Both the position numbers and the translations under genes were made by a program. This document shows, one piece after another, positions 30,983-32,000 of a stretch of 32,000 nt of DNA (position 1 is the stretch's first letter; each line of letters starts with the position of its first letter). The stretch comes from Pyrodictium abyssi (lineage in GTDB: Archaea; Thermoproteota; Thermoprotei_A; Sulfolobales; Pyrodictiaceae): positions 629,588 to 661,587 of the forward strand of contig NZ_AP028907.1 in NCBI RefSeq assembly GCF_036323395.1, written 5' to 3'. A model generated the notes under the pieces. The model was not told where the DNA came from and did no database searches. It saw nothing but the letters and a program-made list of their open reading frames with translations.

Positions 30983-31789
30983 CTAGGAGGCTTCCTCCCC
31001 GAGGCCTGTAGCCTCGCCCTCTCCCCCCGCACGCTGTAGCAGTGTTACCACAGATATACTACCCGCTATATTAGCTACTACAAGACCCTTATCACTCGAT
31101 ACTACCAGCCGCGCAACGTCGCCGCCGCCCACCGCGTCTAGGGCCTCGACTAGCCGGGCAAAGGCGTCGGAGAGGGCCCGGGCGAACACGACAGCCTCCT
31201 CCTCCTTGAGGCCCTCAGAGTCCAGCACACTGCCCTTGGAGAGGTCTATCGCTACGCTGCGTAGCCTACCGGTTAGCCGCGCCCCGCCGCCCTGAGCCAG
31301 GTTCACGAGCTCGAGGAGCTCGACGAAGTAGTCCCCTAGCTTGCCCCCGGGGACACGGGGCTGGAGGGTGGCGGGGAACACGCTCACCAGGGAGACTATG
31401 ATACGGTTTATGATGCGTGAGAGGGCTTCGCCCCCGTACTCCTCTATGAGCTTGCCCTCCGCCTCCGCCTCCAGGTAGAGGCGGCAGCCGCTCCCACGCG
31501 TGACCCCAGTAGCCCGGACCACGCCGTGCATGTCGCCGCGGAGGATGAACTCCACCCTGTCTATCCCGGCGCTCGTCTCCACCTCTACGCGCAGGCTGTC
31601 GTACTGAGAGGACGCGAAGGTGAGCACTATTATCCCGCGGCGCTCGCCTTTGCCGGTGAGCCGCGCAGCCCCGGCCACGAAGGACGCTGGGTCGCGGGCG
31701 GCGAGCAGCCGTATCACCCTATCGCAGGGAGCCGCTACGTCGAGGACAGCACTCCTCTTTACAGTGGCCAAGGCCTTGGAGCCCAACAA
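30983..31789 (-). CDS. Hypothetical protein; N-terminal half SRPBCC-like, C-terminal half Roadblock/LC7-like (both weak)
   Basis: 268-aa ORF with a TTG start, 60 nt upstream of the vWA gene on the same strand. The N-terminal ...VKRSAVLDVAAPCDRVIRLLA.DPASF resembles SRPBCC openings. The C-terminal ...VARLVVSSDKGLVVANIAGSISVV resembles Roadblock domains. Confidence 0.5.
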   Translation of the reverse strand: MLGSKALATVKRSAVLDVAAPCDRVIRLLAARDPASFVAGAARLTGKGERRGIIVLTFASSQYDSLRVEVETSAGIDRVEFILRGDMHGVVRATGVTRGSGCRLYLEAEAEGKLIEEYGGEALSRIINRIIVSLVSVFPATLQPRVPGGKLGDYFVELLELVNLAQGGGARLTGRLRSVAIDLSKGSVLDSEGLKEEEAVVFARALSDAFARLVEALDAVGGGDVARLVVSSDKGLVVANIAGSISVVTLLQRAGGEGEATGLGEEAS

Positions 31790-31800
31790 ACCAATTCCCC

Positions 31801-31818
31801 ATGTATAGGATTAATATG
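31801..31818 (-). promoter_or_regulatory. TATA-like elements upstream of the 268-aa/vWA/kinase operon
   Basis: The - strand reads CATATTAATCCTATACAT, about 12-29 nt upstream of TTG 31789. This is compatible with a leaderless or short-leader transcript. Confidence 0.35.
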
Positions 31819-32000
31819 TCTTGCCACAGGCCCCTGGCGCAGCCGCCCTCCCGGGAGAGCAGAGGAGGACGCGCCAAAGCCTGGATGGAGAGGCGCCACG
31901 CAGGGGAGAAAACGGGGATACGCCACCATCTAGGCCGGGGTGCTAGCGCGCTACTTCTTCTTGCGCCTTACGCCTCCCTGGCGTGACAGCAGCATCAGCC

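Noticed and set aside
31951-32000. The end of a minus-strand frame, ...LMLLSRQGGVRRKKK-stop (TAG at 31951-31953), running off the window
   Set aside because: Only 16 codons are visible, which is too few to decide whether it is a real gene end or to name it.

Overview
This is a visibly GC-rich archaeal chromosomal segment. TATA-like boxes lie roughly 25-75 nt upstream of starts. Oligo-T terminators, frequent GTG/TTG starts, a PaREP1-family gene, a crenarchaeal-type bifunctional PGI/PMI and a 77-nt tRNA-Ile(GAU) with encoded CCA are also present. Together these point to a hyperthermophilic crenarchaeon, possibly Desulfurococcales/Pyrodictiaceae-like, but the organism cannot be proven without a database search. 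Region 1-7.7 kb is one co-directional operon: a Liv-type ABC transporter (substrate-binding protein fragment, LivH, LivM, LivG, LivF) followed directly by hydantoinase/oxoprolinase subunits HyuA and HyuB. Region 8-10 kb holds a small Lys-rich ORF, a PaREP1-like gene with PGI/PMI, and tRNA-Ile. Region 10.2-27.2 kb is the part worth attention. It contains five paralogues (four intact, one decayed) of a secreted, sequon-rich protein family with a shared signal peptide and shared N- and C-terminal strands. Two members have an identical 40-aa N-terminus. These genes are interleaved with a type I signal peptidase, a membrane-anchored P-loop ATPase and a 1260-aa beta-helix/PKD surface protein whose membrane anchor lies out of frame. 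Also present are two small paralogous Cys-pair membrane proteins flanking a nucleotidyltransferase-fold gene, a PP2C-like phosphatase, a coiled-coil/PD-(D/E)XK protein and two tail-anchored coiled-coil paralogues. I interpret this as a cannula-like / TasA-like extracellular filament locus with candidate processing, assembly, anchoring and regulatory genes that are undescribed to my knowledge. Region 27-32 kb holds an acyl-CoA synthetase and an operon of an unknown protein, a vWA protein and a RIO/Bud32-like kinase. No rRNA, CRISPR array, transposase or integrase was seen. All family assignments rest on motifs read by eye; no searches were run.
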